DNA of 63,170 nucleotides, filler included, from Reticulomyxa filosa (lineage: Eukaryota > Protista > Foraminifera), in NCBI GenBank assembly GCA_000512085.1. It is 21 parts of 21 records of this genome, joined end to end, with 100 filler letters (N's around TTAATTAATTAA, not from the genome) between each part and the next. Parts side by side here need not be neighbours in the genome. Positions count along the whole stretch, not along the records: positions 46,143 to 51,082 come from ASPP01007467.1; positions 51,183 to 52,476 come from ASPP01043552.1; positions 52,577 to 54,379 come from ASPP01029296.1; positions 54,480 to 58,447 come from ASPP01003594.1; positions 58,548 to 60,740 come from ASPP01021036.1; positions 60,841 to 63,170 come from ASPP01006265.1; 15 more parts are not named here. The stretch is one strand, 5' to 3'. Positions 49,492 through 63,170 of the stretch are shown here, piece after piece. The notes below the pieces were generated by a model. That model saw nothing but the letters and a program-made list of their open reading frames with translations, had not been told where the DNA came from and did no database searches. Made by a program: the position numbers and the translations under genes. The stretch's first letter is position 1. Every line of letters begins with the position of its first letter.

Positions 49492-49738
49492 TTTTTGAAT
49501 TCGTTTTTCTCTGTTTCACTCTTTTTTAAAAAAATTGGAAAGTTGGGCAATTTGCCAAGAAACAAAATTCAAGAAAAAATATATGGTGAATTTATAAAGA
49601 AAATAATAAAAAGTGATGGGCTGAGCGTGCCATGCATCAAATAGCAAAACAAAGAAATACTTACATGCAAAAGTGATAAATATTTACACGCTCAAACGTG
49701 AATAAGGATATCCTCTCAAAACACATCAAATGTTTTAC

Positions 49739-51030
49739 TTAATTATCATTTGTGGAATTGCGTTTTTTCTTTCCCGATTCTTGTAACTCTTGTTTTTTGC
49801 GACTATTGAAACAAATATTTAAAAACACGATTAAAATAAAATCAAACAATGTCTGAGGGATGTTAACTCTCTTCTCGATTTCTCTCGAACTCTTTTTTTT
49901 TCTCGCAATTCTTTTTCTTTTTCTGCGTATTTTTGGCTTTCTTTTAAATCCCACTCTTCAATTGCACACACTATTGTATTGTATATAACATTGTTTAATC
50001 TTTTTCTTTTTTGACAACAGTATAAAAAAAGTGCATTGCAAGTAGAAAACATAACATTTTTGGGCTTTGATGATTCCATGAATTTTGCAATAGGATCCAG
50101 GCAATTTGGAGCGTTGCAAGACAGTGGCCAATAAAAATCCCATAATTTCGGAAGTGCAATCAGCAAGGACATTTTCAATTTTGCAAATGTCTCTTTCGCA
50201 AATAACGACCGTCAATCGACTGCACTGTTCATTCGTCTGCAGTTCAGGTCTTTCACAATTCGTTGAAGTTCCTTTTGAATTTAACGGCAAGGGAGTTTTT
50301 CGCGGACGTCCGACGTTCCTTTTTTTCTCTTCTTTTAATTTCTCCGGCCATTCGAGATTCTCGCTCAGTACAATGCTTAGTTTATCCTGTGAAAGCAATT
50401 TCCAGCGATCAAATGCAATCTGTCGAACACAAGCTTTAATAATTTCATCACCGTTGAAATTGCTCATGCATTTGGGAAATATCAGCATCATCGAAACTAC
50501 GACCAGTTTCCACAAAAACAACCATTTTTACATATATGTATATATATGTGGATATGGTGTACAAATTAACATGTCGCGCCAACGTCAACATGGTCCAATT
50601 TCATATCTTCTTCTTTGTCTTCCAATCCAATGGCGCACAGTTTTCGTTTGAGAGGTCGACGTCGTGGATAATTTTCCTTTTTCTCTCCGTTGGTTGAATT
50701 TGAGCTGTCTGAAGTGGATGAGATGTTCACCACTTTGGGGAAAGGACTCGCTCTCGTTGACGCCAAGTTTTCGGATCCGTTGTCTACAAATCAATCAAGT
50801 GAAAACCGCATCTTGCAAGTGATGCATCACAACCTGTGGATTTGTAAACAGAGACGCAAACCTGACAAGCGATCATTCACGCTGGGACTACTTCCACTGT
50901 CAGAGATTATGACAGGGCCAGATGCATTCAAGTTGAGGTTGTCACAACTTTCGCTGTTGATGCGTCTACGTTTTGATTGCCACTGCATCTCGGGAGTGAC
51001 TAATGTCTCATCTATTCAAACATTCATTTC
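49739..51030 (-). CDS. Hypothetical nuclear protein fragment with AT-hook-like motif
   Basis: Multi-exon. Contains KKRNVGRPRKTP and a basic coiled-coil tail (EKEKELREKKRVREKSRR). Confidence 0.45.
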
Positions 51031-54000
51031 CAAGTGCAAATGCAATGCCAAAAAAAAAAAAAAAAAAAAAAAAGCAAACTCANNNNNNNNNNNNNNNNNN
51101 NNNNNNNNNNNNNNNNNNNNNNNNNNTTAATTAATTAANNNNNNNNNNNNNNNNNNNNNNNNNNNNNNNNNNNNNNNNNNNNGGTTACTTTGGTTATATC
51201 TTAACACAAATTGCATTTCCATGGACTTGTTTCTTTCAAGATCAATGAAAAGTTGTCAAAAACACATTGGCAAAGAACATGTATTGTTGCTATCTTTGGT
51301 TAATGTTGTTCTTTTCACTGATTATATTTTCATAATGTATTTACTATTTTCATATTGAGTTTTTTCTTATTTATCGCGTTTCTTGAATTGGTTTGTTTTA
51401 CTTTGACAAAGTTATAACTTAAACTAAAAAGAATGTGTTCCTTTTGGGTTTTGGGACTTGAGTTTCTTTTATTTTTTTGTTAGATATATTTACTCCATTG
51501 TTGAGAATTTTTTGAAGTTACAATACCATTAACAGCAATATGAGTAATCACAATCAAGAATTGTATTGCACAACAAGTAAGTTTGTTTTCGCACAAAAAA
51601 AACGTGGTGCTAAATTGCGCGTATTGACTGTGTATAAAATTGATCACAACCCAATCCATACACTCACCACAAAACAAAACGTTTCATCAAACATTTCACT
51701 TTTATTTATGGAAAGAAGTGGCAATGTTTTGGTTTCGTTTTGAAACCAACAATGTTGAAACGGACATTTATCAAATTTCAATTGACGATTAGTTAGTATC
51801 GTTTTTGTGTGAATAGATGGAATGACTTGCATTGAAATGCTCGAATATTGGACGAGCCGTGAAGGGGGGATCCATTTTTGAAATATAGTTTTTATTTAGC
51901 TAATTTTGTAAAAAAATGTGGTTAAACATAATTTAATTTTTCTGCGAAACAAAGTTGTTTATCTTGTAAAAATAATTCAAAAAGGTTGTGAGAAGGCAAA
52001 AATTTCAACATTATAGTTTTCTATTCCATAAATTCAATATTTTATTTTTGGAATATGTGTTAAATCAGTGAAAACAAAATACACAAATTTTCTTCTCTAA
52101 GTAAAAGATCTCAGTTTTTTAAGTAAAAAAAAAATTCAATTTTTACTGAATTTTCGCCTTGATTTCAGGCAGACTAAACACGAGCCTTTCTTATTTCCTC
52201 GACCATAACATTTCGACTCAAAAGACAGTCAAACAAGAGTAAAGTTGTTGTTTTTTTTTTTTACGCTTTTTCTTATTACGAAGTAGGAAAAAGAACACTT
52301 ATCTGCGCGTTTGCGCACACACTTTTTTGAACAAAAAAAGTAAAACCAGCTGTAGGAAAAACAATTATGATGAAGCGACTAGATATCAACGATTTTGAAT
52401 ATAATAGTGGCCGCTTGCTTGTAGAAGCACAAAATAATGTACGCATTAAAGTTTGATAAAATTGCATTTCTGATTTNNNNNNNNNNNNNNNNNNNNNNNN
52501 NNNNNNNNNNNNNNNNNNNNTTAATTAATTAANNNNNNNNNNNNNNNNNNNNNNNNNNNNNNNNNNNNNNNNNNNNCTTATAAATTGCTTTACATATGCT
52601 ACGTCATAATGCAAGCATTCTGTATTGAATTGTATATTACAAACTGGTAATCGATCAAACTAGTTGATATGTTTCAAGTACATGTTTGCAATTCTACAAC
52701 ATCCTTGTTTATTGACACTTTTTTATATTTTTCCCGTGTTCATCTATGTCGGCAACACTTTGATGCAACGTTTTTGAAATAGTTACAATATTACCCTAGC
52801 AACTTTCAAGTGTGGGTTTTTTCGTTCAATTTGATATAGCTTTAACAATCACCCTACCTTGCCTTTGATGGATTTACTTAATCCTGTTAAACCTTAATGC
52901 TACTTTTCCAAACTTTTCTCAAAGAGAAAAACTCTGCAGAAAATTATTCAATAAAATCATGTGTTCGATTGATATCGACCCTTTCATCAAAATGTGATTG
53001 TAAAACACTGATGAAGGCAGTTCACACGATTTGTGAATGTGTGTAAATGAAATTTCAATCAATATTTTGAGCGCGTTTGTGTTAAACAATCGAATAAGTA
53101 GCTGTAATATTGTCAACATTCAATAAAATTATATGCAAATGCATAGGTGCATAGATTTGATGAAAGAAATGTCGACAACATTCACGTAGGAGGTCTAGTT
53201 TATTACTACTGAAGATTTTATTTTAGTATTAATGAATTGTTCCTTGACTCAGTCTAATTCTAGAAATGGATGACTCTGTCAATGACAAAGTGGAGTAATA
53301 GAAAATGATAATGTGTTTAATGTATTGCGTTTAGTAAGTCTGTTCAATGATCGATTGTCCTTGTAATATTTGGTCCATGTTTTGAAACAAAAGTTGGAAG
53401 TTGGAGAAACAATAGAACAACACAAGAAAAGATTGGCCTGTGGGGTTTAGTGAAGTTGAAGCACATAGTTTGTGTTAGAAATATTGAATAGCCTAGCAGT
53501 AATGTCTGTTTGGTTTTTGCTATAATGGATCAAACAGACAATTGATTTTTCAAATGGCGATCCAATAATAGTTTGCCATGATCGTGGTGATTTGTGAATC
53601 AAATAACGCAAAGTCATAATTTTTTTGGCATAAATCAATACAAATTCATTTAAATACAATAGCGGCAATTTCACTGACAAGAAATAATTACAGAGGCAGC
53701 TAATTTGTCATGACGTCATTGGAGAGCACATGGCAGTTTCAAAATAAACATGAAATATTGTACGGAGTCTTTGCTCTTTTTCGCAGTTGTCACAGCGCCA
53801 CACGAAACGACGACAACACTTGTCACTCCAATGTTGGCATCAGCAACAAAGAAAAATCGAATAATGTGCTTTGGTTTTTTTCCGGAAAATTTGTTTTTCT
53901 TTTCTGGATTTTATTTCATTGTCCTTATCTTCCAACTAAGCGTTTTGACCAATAACCTCACTGCCCGCAGGTAATGAGTAATGTTTGTTTGTAGTATCTA

Positions 54001-55329
54001 TTAGCACATTGTTGATTTCATTTTGCTAAATGAGATATGTTCCAGTCCACGACATAACATAAATCTCATTTTTATTTACTTTTTTTTTACATGCAACAAA
54101 GCATCATCCAAGCATCCATACAAAACGACAACGATAATACAAAACAAATAAGTAACAAGACATTCCGTAAGCAATGCAACATAAGACTTGTTAGAAAATT
54201 TGTCTGTCAGGGTCAGTGTGTTGTTTTTGTTCTTCAATTGCCATGTCCAATTTTTTTTTTTGCAATTCTTTTTAAATCATAAGAACAAGACATTAGTTTC
54301 AATTTCAATAATCCCGTCAATTGGATTATAGACTCGACATCTGTCATCAAATGTGGCGCAATTGCCCTTTCATAAAACGNNNNNNNNNNNNNNNNNNNNN
54401 NNNNNNNNNNNNNNNNNNNNNNNTTAATTAATTAANNNNNNNNNNNNNNNNNNNNNNNNNNNNNNNNNNNNNNNNNNNNACTTTTTATAAAACTTTTTTG
54501 GCATAATGACTTGTTAACAGAACTTAGGGCTGTCAACTTTGTCTAATTTCTTTCTGAAAAAAAAAACTCTTGGATTTGAACATTAATTGACGATGTATTC
54601 TAAGAGATCTTCCAAAAATGATTTATACGGCACAATTCAAAAACTATCTTACAATCTACGACATGCTTTACCATGTTCAAAGAGAATGAAAAAATCACAA
54701 CGAAACATCCGCACTTTTGCACCACACTTCAATTTTTAACGAGCGCACAGTATTGATATGTTGAATGTTATGTTTGGGCTTTTGTGCACTGTTGACTTGG
54801 AACGTGGTGCTAACACTTCTGTTGTCCGGAAAGCAAAACTCACAGACGGAGACATGGGTTAGCACATAATACAGCCACACTCGCTCATTTTCAACGACAC
54901 TAATATGTAATTGAATAAAAAGAAATGATAGGACTACACTAGAAAAGATAATAAAGAAAGGAGCAAAAGAGGGAAAGAAGCAGAAATAACGATTTTAAAA
55001 CGTAGCAACAAAATAAAATACATTATTATGTGGATGTCATCTACTTTTGCTCATCTTTTTGTTTCGCTTTCTATCTTCCTTTTTTTGTTTTTCAAAAGGG
55101 GAAAAAAAGAATTTTCTTTCAGTGTACCTTATGCATGCTTGACGGAAAAAGTCTTTGTGTTTTTTTGTCCTGCCACGCAAAAATAGAATAATGGAGAAAA
55201 TCACATTTTCATACTTACATATATAATGTATATGCTTTTTTTTTTTTTAATTTGTCTAAATCTTGTCCTCTTTAAAAAAAAAATAAATAACGTAATTTCA
55301 ATTCGAACATAGCTGTTCCTGAACAAACA

Positions 55330-56460
55330 ATCTAACTGACTTCCAGTGCAAGCCTAACGAATTGCGGTAATGTGATGATATTAAGACCCTTCAAATGTAC
55401 GTTACAAATTAATATACTTTTTTTAAAAAAAGAAATTGCTTGTTTTGCAACAAACGATACAAATGACAAATACTATATCATACTGCTAAATTTCTATGAA
55501 CACAAGCGCTTTGAATTGACACCTGGCTTTTGTCTCCAGAAACTACAAAAACGGTAAGTATATCACTATTTACCTTCTTTTAACATAATTTTGAAAAAAT
55601 GCAATATGTTGCGATAATAATATTGTGCTGCATGCTTTATATTCAGAGTACGTAATACTTCAATATTTCCAAGAGATTGAAATTGTGTACTCGGCCACTT
55701 TGGTTAACGTGTTCTCCATTGGAATAAATATCACGTTCAACTAAGTGCCGATTATGGGATATGTCGCCAAGCTTTGGGCATATGAAATCGTGTGGTCTCT
55801 CCGAAAGCAATGTGTCCACTATCGCCGTGTTTGATGATATTTTCATGGTGTTATTGGTTTTACTGGGAATTTGGATTGACCACTGTTGTCAGGACCGGTT
55901 TGTCTACTTATATAAACATATACATATACAAATATATGTATACGTATATTTGAATATGTATACATACAATAATGTGCAAGTTCGTGACTTCATTTTTTAT
56001 ATGGAAAAAAAAAGAAAGGTACATTGGCGAGGGCGAAATTCCAGGGATTGAAAATGTTGACATTGTCCTCATTTCTAATAATTTGTTCCACTTGTGCTGT
56101 CTGTTTTAGTCGTGATTGGATTGCCGGTATTTATACCGACATCAAAAACCTTCTGTCCAACGTGTTGCCCTGCATGAGTCTGTGCTTTATGATGGACGGG
56201 CTGGCGTGTTCGGGCTCGATTGTGTCGGAAGGATTTCCGCACTTGTCGCCACTGTCCTCAGCATTTGGAGACTCTATTTCACTTGAGGAAATGACAATAT
56301 GAGCCATTTGTGTTACACAATCGTTACCTTTCGTCTACTATGAGGTCTTGATTGTCCACTTAAGAAATTCCTCCCCAGAGGCCTTCGATTGTTTTCATTG
56401 GACGTAGTCATCTCTTACTTCATTTTTTTATCTTTTTTTCCCCCCACATGTTTCTTTCAT
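55330..56460 (+). pseudogene. MATE-family transporter remnant
   Basis: FSRDWIAGIYTD..NLLSNVLPCMSLCFMMDGL resembles the MATE R..IA.IFT.D..V...VLP......DGL pattern. The frame is broken repeatedly. Confidence 0.5.
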
Positions 56461-56809
56461 TGATCGTGGACGTGTTACTCAGAAAACTGATTTACCATAA
56501 ATTCAAATATATTGTAAACGTTTAAAATTGTCTAGGAAAGAATTTGTCAAAGCTAACCAAAAAACAGGGACTTCAAAAGTCTTGAAAAAATTTCTGAACT
56601 TTTTTAAAATCAATACAGCACTTCTAAAAACAGACAACATGAAACCATTTATTTTCTACGATGTCTCTTCTACGCTTACTGTATACCTTTTGCTTTCTTG
56701 GTGTTTCTTGTCGGACGCACTACAACATGTAGTAGTGGCTGTTGCTAGATAGGCTTAGTTTAGGACAAGGAGGAGAGAACGAGAGAAAGTAAACAAAAAA
56801 ACACGAAAC

Positions 56810-57100
56810 AACATCAAATTTGCACAAATCGAACTATTTATGGGTAATGTTCCTTTTGAAACAATGGAACAAGATATCCGCAAATGTTTCACAGCTTTGG
56901 GGAGAGACGATCACATCTGCAATAGCCTCGAATGCAGAGATCGCACCACTTTTTCGTGCAACTTTGAATTGTCTCGGGCCGTGATCTCACTTCACGATGG
57001 AGACAATGCTGCGCTCATCCCAAACATCCAAACAACAGAAAACAAAAAGCTAACATACGCACAAATGATCTCTCCATTATGGCAGGGGTTACTGCATTAA
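56810..57100 (+). pseudogene. RRM-domain remnant
   Basis: RTIY/GNVPFETMEQDIRKCF resembles RNP2 plus helix 1. RNP1 is not recognisable. Confidence 0.35.
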
Positions 57101-57359
57101 AGCGCTTCACAATAAATTGTTTGGTGTTGTAGCCATTCTTTTTTTTCTTGACCTTAAACAATTTGTCCTTTTTTTTTATAATGTTTGTTTTTATCATTCT
57201 TTCAACTCAAAATATATCAATTCATTGATTTGAGTTAAAACAAATAAAATGAAATACTTTGACACCGCAAATGACTCTAGCATCATTCAATGGTAATGGT
57301 ATCGTTCATCCATTCTTTTTTTTGGTTTTGCTGTCCTCTTTTTGAGAGACATTCACGTC

Positions 57360-58447
57360 GTCCATGGATACGCTTACTCATGTCGGTCGCCACTGGGCGT
57401 GTGAGTCTTCGTATGTTAATTCATCTGTAATCATATTTAGCCAAAATTTACGGCCTTTATTTGGACCTGTGAGCTCTTTACAGCAAATCCACTCTGAATC
57501 TGGATCAGTATTCGTTACTGATCCTGGCATGGTTGCCATTTCAATTTTCCCTGTTTTTGCTCAATTTTATCTTTTTAAAGCAATTATATCAGTTGCTACT
57601 TTTTTGATCTTTTTTTTATTGTTCGGTAATCTAAAAACGGTATAAACGCCCTTTAGAACTGCAAAGTTTTTTTTTAAACGAAATCCTTTTCTCAACTTTT
57701 TTTAATAATAATATATGGAACAAAAGCCAGTAGTGAAGAAAGTCGCAATAACAGAAGACCCTAATAATGGCATGAAAAACTGTTCCAGCGTTTTTACGAA
57801 GATTGGTTGCTACAGATCCGAAATGTCCTGACTGCAGATACAGTGGAAAAGTGATCAAAGACACAAGGCCAGTGACAGTAGTTTGTTGTCGATTTGCCTG
57901 TGATCGCGGAGCAGTTTATAAACAATGACAGTGAATGCATATGACGACAGATGTGGAGCAGATCCAAATCGAGTTGGAGCAACACAGCATTATTTGATGA
58001 GTTAAGTAAACGGATAAAATTTTGATTTAGTGAAAAAAATGGGGGAGAAAAAGAGCAAAAAAAAAGGCTGAACAAAGCAACAAAAAACAAAAAAAAATAA
58101 ATTATTTAATAAATTTTTAAAAATTATAAACAGCAGACACAAATGACCGGTCAACAAGCATTGGTGGTGACAACATCACTTCGCAAGCATTGCAACAAAG
58201 AGCGGCAGGCAACATGATGTAAAAGAGTTGGCAGTGGTTTGCACTTGTCCATTGACGTGCAGAACATGGTTGGAGAGTTATTTAAAATAATATCGTAGCT
58301 GAAGGAGTTCAATGTGAAGCAATTTCACGACTAATGTTGCCTACTGTGTACATTGCCGCAAAGCAATGTCGTTGCGACCGATCTTTGCCAGGAGTAAACC
58401 GCAATTCAAAATACTCTTCGACCTTTACATGCATCCGGTACAAGTTG
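57360..58447 (-). pseudogene. Degraded membrane protein with a WW-like C-terminal motif
   Basis: DSEWICCKELTGPNKGRKFWLNMITDELTYED (~57400-57510) lies downstream of a hydrophobic segment. Frames are interrupted. Confidence 0.3.
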
Positions 58448-58556
58448 NNNNNNNNNNNNNNNNNNNNNNNNNNNNNNNNNNNNNNNNNNNNTTAATTAAT
58501 TAANNNNNNNNNNNNNNNNNNNNNNNNNNNNNNNNNNNNNNNNNNNNTCAGTTTAT

Positions 58557-58587
<31 letters not shown>

Positions 58588-58647
58588 GTATATGTATATG
58601 TATATGTGTTTTTGTTTTGTTTCATTTATGGCGGACATCCCAAATAG

Positions 58648-60559
58648 GTGTATCGTGGCTTATTGGATCATTTGCATCACTATTTGTGGAAGCAATTGGA
58701 AATAGAAAAAAAGGAAGATGTGGACAGACCCGATGGAACAATCAAACGCAGACCATTGTGGAATAGTGCCCACTATCGCGACGACTGCGACACAATGGTC
58801 GACGAATATGGTTGTGTGTATCGACATAAAAATATTACCAAACTGGCCATCGACTTGTCTCTCGTCGTGGTCGTCGACGACAATCCACTGTCTTATCGCG
58901 GATTCGAGCCCAATGCCATTCGCATTGCCCCTTTTTGGGGAGAATCACAGCCACCGGATAACCAAGTTCTTTTTTCACACGTGTTGTGTAAGCAAGCAAG
59001 AAATTATATTTTGTACATGCATCACAGAGAAGGAGGGAGGGGGGGGGGGGAACATTCATCTAACATTATGTATCGTGTGTGTGTGTGTGTGTGTGAAAAA
59101 AGCTAATGGGGAAACTACTGCCTATATTGCAAAAAGTGTCCCGCCATCGCGATGTAAGGTACTTTTTAAGTGGTTTGGGATCTCCTCCTGTTGAATGTGT
59201 CGATTCTGAATCTGATCCCGAGTCCAAGTCCGAAGATGAAAATGCATTTGCAATTGGACCAGAAAGCCGTTTTGATATTTTTTATTCTAGTTTAATTTTT
59301 TAAGTTTGACTTTTTTTTTTTTTTTTTTCTCCCTCTCTTGTTCCTATTTTAAGCTGAAATGGAACATCATATATATGTATTTGTGTGTATTGGGGGGGGG
59401 GGCAACTAAATTTTTTTTTTGAAGAACATCGCTACAGTCACAAAGTGTCGGAACAATTTCTGACCTGCTTAGCAAACGCGTTTGACCACAGACTGGAAGA
59501 GGACAAAAAAGCGCTTGCAATGTCCAAAATAAGCAAGAAACACCACAGCGACAAGGATGCCAAGATCGAGCCCGAGATGGCAATGGACATAGACATAGAC
59601 ATAGACATGGATATGGAAATCGAGATGGACATGGAGATGGACAGCGAGAAGGGTCGACTGGCCAACCAAGAGCGTGGATCTCATGGAACGAGTTTGTACA
59701 AGGATTGTGGCCACAGCACGAGTGACAATGACCCAATGACAAATTTGAAAGACAAAATGCATTTGAGTATCCCCACTCGTGCAAACGGTGCGGCGGATCC
59801 GTTGACTTGGGACCACGGACAGGACGGTCCACAAGTGGACACTCCCCCGGTTGCACCCAATCCTCCTTCGTTCCAACTGCTGGCCACGCCGCAGCCTACG
59901 ATGGCAAGCACTTGCACTCCAAGTGTGAGTCGCAATGAAGAGCCACTCCTTCCTTACAAGGAGTCGGCGCAACATCGATCGACTCCATCTCATCGCAACC
60001 CTACCAAGACAAACGCTTCTTCGACCGATACTCCCAGTGAGAACACTCTGCTGTCTCCGAAAGAGAAAAGAAAGGATGACAGTCAAAAAATGTCCGCTGA
60101 CGACACACACTCCAATCTGGAATCTCATGATCGGACCAGAAGAAATAGTGACTCCAAGTCTCTCTCCAAACTCAAGTTCACCGAAGCTGTCGACGATCCT
60201 ATCAACAATGACTGCTTTCGTCACACCGATGTCGATCATGATGCAATTGATTTAACGTCCATTCATCCGATGCCATTGTTCGCAATGGCAACAACGTCCA
60301 ACATTTGTCTTTGAACACTCAGTCCAAGTCTCGCAGGGCCAATGACGTGGCATTTGTAGACTCGACTCCGACGACCATTTGCACCGATCCTCTTTGCAAA
60401 AAGCTGAACACGAAAAAGTGGTATTTTTCTACGAGACAACAGTGCTCGCATCATCACCAAATTCAATCGCACGAGGCAGACACTGTCAGTTGTGGCTGGA
60501 AGTTTTTCTGTGATCTTTTTAACGGCAAAAAAAAAAAGAGCAAAATCAAACAAAAATAA
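58648..60559 (+). CDS. FCP1/SCP (NIF, HAD-family) CTD phosphatase, C-terminal part with long disordered tail
   Basis: HYRDDC...KNITKLAIDLSLVVVVDDNPLSY.GFEPNAIRIAPFWG...DNQ|LMGKLLPILQKV..HRDVRYFL. It either stops at 59303 or splices (GT ~59269, AG ~59424) in frame into the 59385-60314 ORF. Confidence 0.8.
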
Positions 60560-60701
60560 CAAAATACATAACGCGCACACATCAAAGCCAATCTCTCTAA
60601 TCATTGTCTTATTTGTTTCATTATTGCTCGCGTACTCTACCAAAATAAACACTCATTTACAAATCCCTTTGCAATACTCAACATAATTTAACAAATGAAA
60701 T

Positions 60702-60740
<39 letters not shown>

Positions 60741-61986
60741 NNNNNNNNNNNNNNNNNNNNNNNNNNNNNNNNNNNNNNNNNNNNTTAATTAATTAANNNN
60801 NNNNNNNNNNNNNNNNNNNNNNNNNNNNNNNNNNNNNNNNAAATTGCATATATACCTAAAAAATATGAAAAAAAAGATTAGACACGAAAGTTTACTTTTT
60901 TATGTTCAAAAAAATGCGTACAAAAACATTGTTCGATAGCATACTTTTGCACTTGGAAAAATCATTAAACAAAGTGAGCTGTTTTTTTGTTAAAATTAAA
61001 ACAAAGAAATTGAAATAATAACTTACTAAAAACATATATCTAGTAAATATCCATCAAACAACAAAAAAAATGATCAACGAATATTTTTTTCTACATTTTT
61101 GTCAACTATAAAAATTTTTATCGACAATTTTATTTTGTTTTATTTTTTGAGTTTGTGGAGAGCTTGGAGCAGAAGTTGGTAAGTGCAATCCGACAGACGC
61201 TCTTATTGAAAGCAGTTTTCAATAAAGCAAAAGTAAATTAATAAAAGAACAACAACAAAAGGAAAGAAAGCAACGAAAAAAGTGAAGATAGTTTTGGAGA
61301 AGTTCAGTCCACGGGGGACTCTTCAGACCCTTCAGAGTTTCTCCCTCTGTAGTAGAGTCTTGCCCTACAAGTTTTTAAGAGTTGTTTTTTGTAATTTGTT
61401 TTGTTTATTTGGAATGTTTCATTATGAGGTATTTTTTAGTGTTCGGTTTTTTCTCCTTCAAAATTTTTGTTTTAAAAATAAAACGTTTTCAAACTCTGTC
61501 AAATACAGATCCATTGATAACCTTTGAAATGGAGAAAATTGTTGCATAATTTCAATATACAAGCGAAATCAGCAAAAAAGTGTACGAATTGACGGGAGTT
61601 TCTTGTTTGTACGTACACTTTAGTGCACTTGACTTCACACACGCTTTTTTAGTTGTTCGTGGCCATGAAATAGCTTTCGCAAATCGAACTATTAGCACGA
61701 ATTACACAAAGCAAGTTTTGTTGAAGAGTAATCCACAGTTTCATTTTGCAATCTTTCTGGGGAAAAACAAACCAATACCAACAATTAAACGCTGTTGTTT
61801 GGAGGATGAATATAACGAAAGTACAGATAATGGCAAACTATTCATGAAAAGTTGAAATTGATTCACTGTTTAACGTTTGAAAGGGTAAACATGGACAAAC
61901 ATTTTGAATAGCAAAAAATTCCAAAAAAAATTTAAATTGAGAAATAAAGTAATTAATGTTCTTTTAAAAAAATACATTTCATATCA

Positions 61987-62700
61987 TTATTCTTTTGCTT
62001 TTTGCTCCAATTCTCGACTTTGAGCTTGAACTTGAAGATTGACCAATATACCGATACTGGTATTTATACTAGTCAAAGTTTCCTCCATTCTATTTAATGT
62101 TTCCAATTTTTTTAAATTTTCTAATTGATCCAGTTTTTTGGACATATCTTTCATGTCAGTAGCCATATTGTTCATGCCATTAGCCATATCTTTCATGTCA
62201 GTAGCCATTTTTTTAGTATCTGAAGAAAGTTGATCCATAGTCTTTTTGAGACCGAAAGCGACAATTAATCCATATTGTTGATCAAATGTAAAATATAGAG
62301 CACGCGATCCATACGTATGTAATGTATTTTTAAGGAACTCGAGTTCTAAAGCTAAATCAGCACATTTCGTGAAATCGCGTTCTACTACTGGAATGAATTG
62401 TGAATAAAAAGCTGTTTACATAAATAATAAATTATATAGCAAAAAGATTTATTCAATTGTTTATGTTTGTATTTATATGCAATGAAAAACTGTTTGTTAA
62501 AGATTGATCAATAATAAATACTGTTTGCTCAGTGTGCATTTTGTTCATTTCTCTAATCAACGTATTGTGTTGAGCTTTAAATAAGTCATTTCTCTTGTAC
62601 TCGATGTAGTTTGAAAGTTGATCGATTTCGAACATTCCTTCTACTGTGACAACGATTTCTTCTTTCTTTGAACCAAAGCTAATCATTACTCCGAGAACCT
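61987..62700 (-). pseudogene. Coiled-coil protein remnant with Met-rich heptads
   Basis: MATDMKDMANGMNNMATDMKDMSKKLDQL. The 24-bp stretch CATATCTTTCATGTCAGTAGCCAT occurs twice. Upstream frames are broken. Confidence 0.35.
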
Positions 62701-63170
62701 CTTCAAGTAACTGAACAATTAAATCTTATTCTTCATTACTTTTTGTTTCTTTATTACTTTTTAGTTATTTTTTTTTTCTCTTGTATTATGAACACACTAG
62801 ACTATTATCTCCAAAGAGTAGCTCTTTGAAAGCTTATCAAATTTTTTACCTTTTCTTTCGTACAACATCTTTTTAAGGAAAATTACAGCACTTTTGCAGA
62901 TAGGCGGTAACTACATGATACATTTCACCTGTTTTTTATTTTACATATTTACATATACAAACAGTACAAAAAATCTAGTTTAAACAATGTACTACTGATA
63001 AAATTGAATTCCAATTGCCCAAGTTGACTTGGACAATTTTTTAGTTGTCAAATCCGATTTATCGATACGATTCAGGATTTCACAGTAAGTTTGTTGAGAT
63101 TTTAGTTCGTCAATTGCTTGGCAATGTCGTCAATATTGTTTTCCCAAATCTTAATGTCCCATAATGTTAA

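Noticed and set aside
51183-52476. Short ORFs on this contig
   Set aside because: No coherent exon chain or domain motif.
52577-54379. Possible helicase remnant (SMSATL near 52745) or other decayed gene
   Set aside because: One short motif only, with no Walker A or DExH box found. Too degraded to call.
3325-60840. Regularly recurring TTAATTAATTAA flanked by N runs as a repeat, CRISPR or biological motif
   Set aside because: It is an identical 100-nt synthetic joiner. It also means gene neighbourhoods across linkers are not real.

Overview
This is not one locus but 21 short eukaryotic contigs joined by an artificial 100-nt linker (N44-TTAATTAATTAA-N44), so adjacency across linkers means nothing. 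The DNA is AT-rich with short GT-AG introns full of homopolymers and (TA)n/(ATAC)n tracts. The expanded Kelch and NACHT-pentapeptide-WD40 families suggest a foraminiferan such as Reticulomyxa filosa (inference). Recognisable genes: an ENTH/epsin-like adaptor, an RNF213-like C-terminus, four Kelch-like propellers, DNA ligase IV, VPS29 (plus a 500-bp inverted copy), a USP24/34-like fragment, a tandem-CH actin-binding protein, a PPTKTLTL-repeat surface protein, an FKBP, two multi-pass membrane proteins and an FCP1/SCP phosphatase. There are many decayed gene copies (TLDc, STE kinase, NACHT-WD40, CutC, p24, P450, MATE, RRM). Best leads: (1) a ~310-nt GC-richer island of back-to-back hairpins (15667-15980), a candidate structured RNA or foldback element; (2) a ~30-aa 'YWxR...I..Y/F' module shared by Kelch C-termini and the FKBP N-terminus, possibly an E3-adaptor box; (3) repeated inversions and block deletions in gene copies. 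All family calls come from motif recognition by eye; no searches were run.
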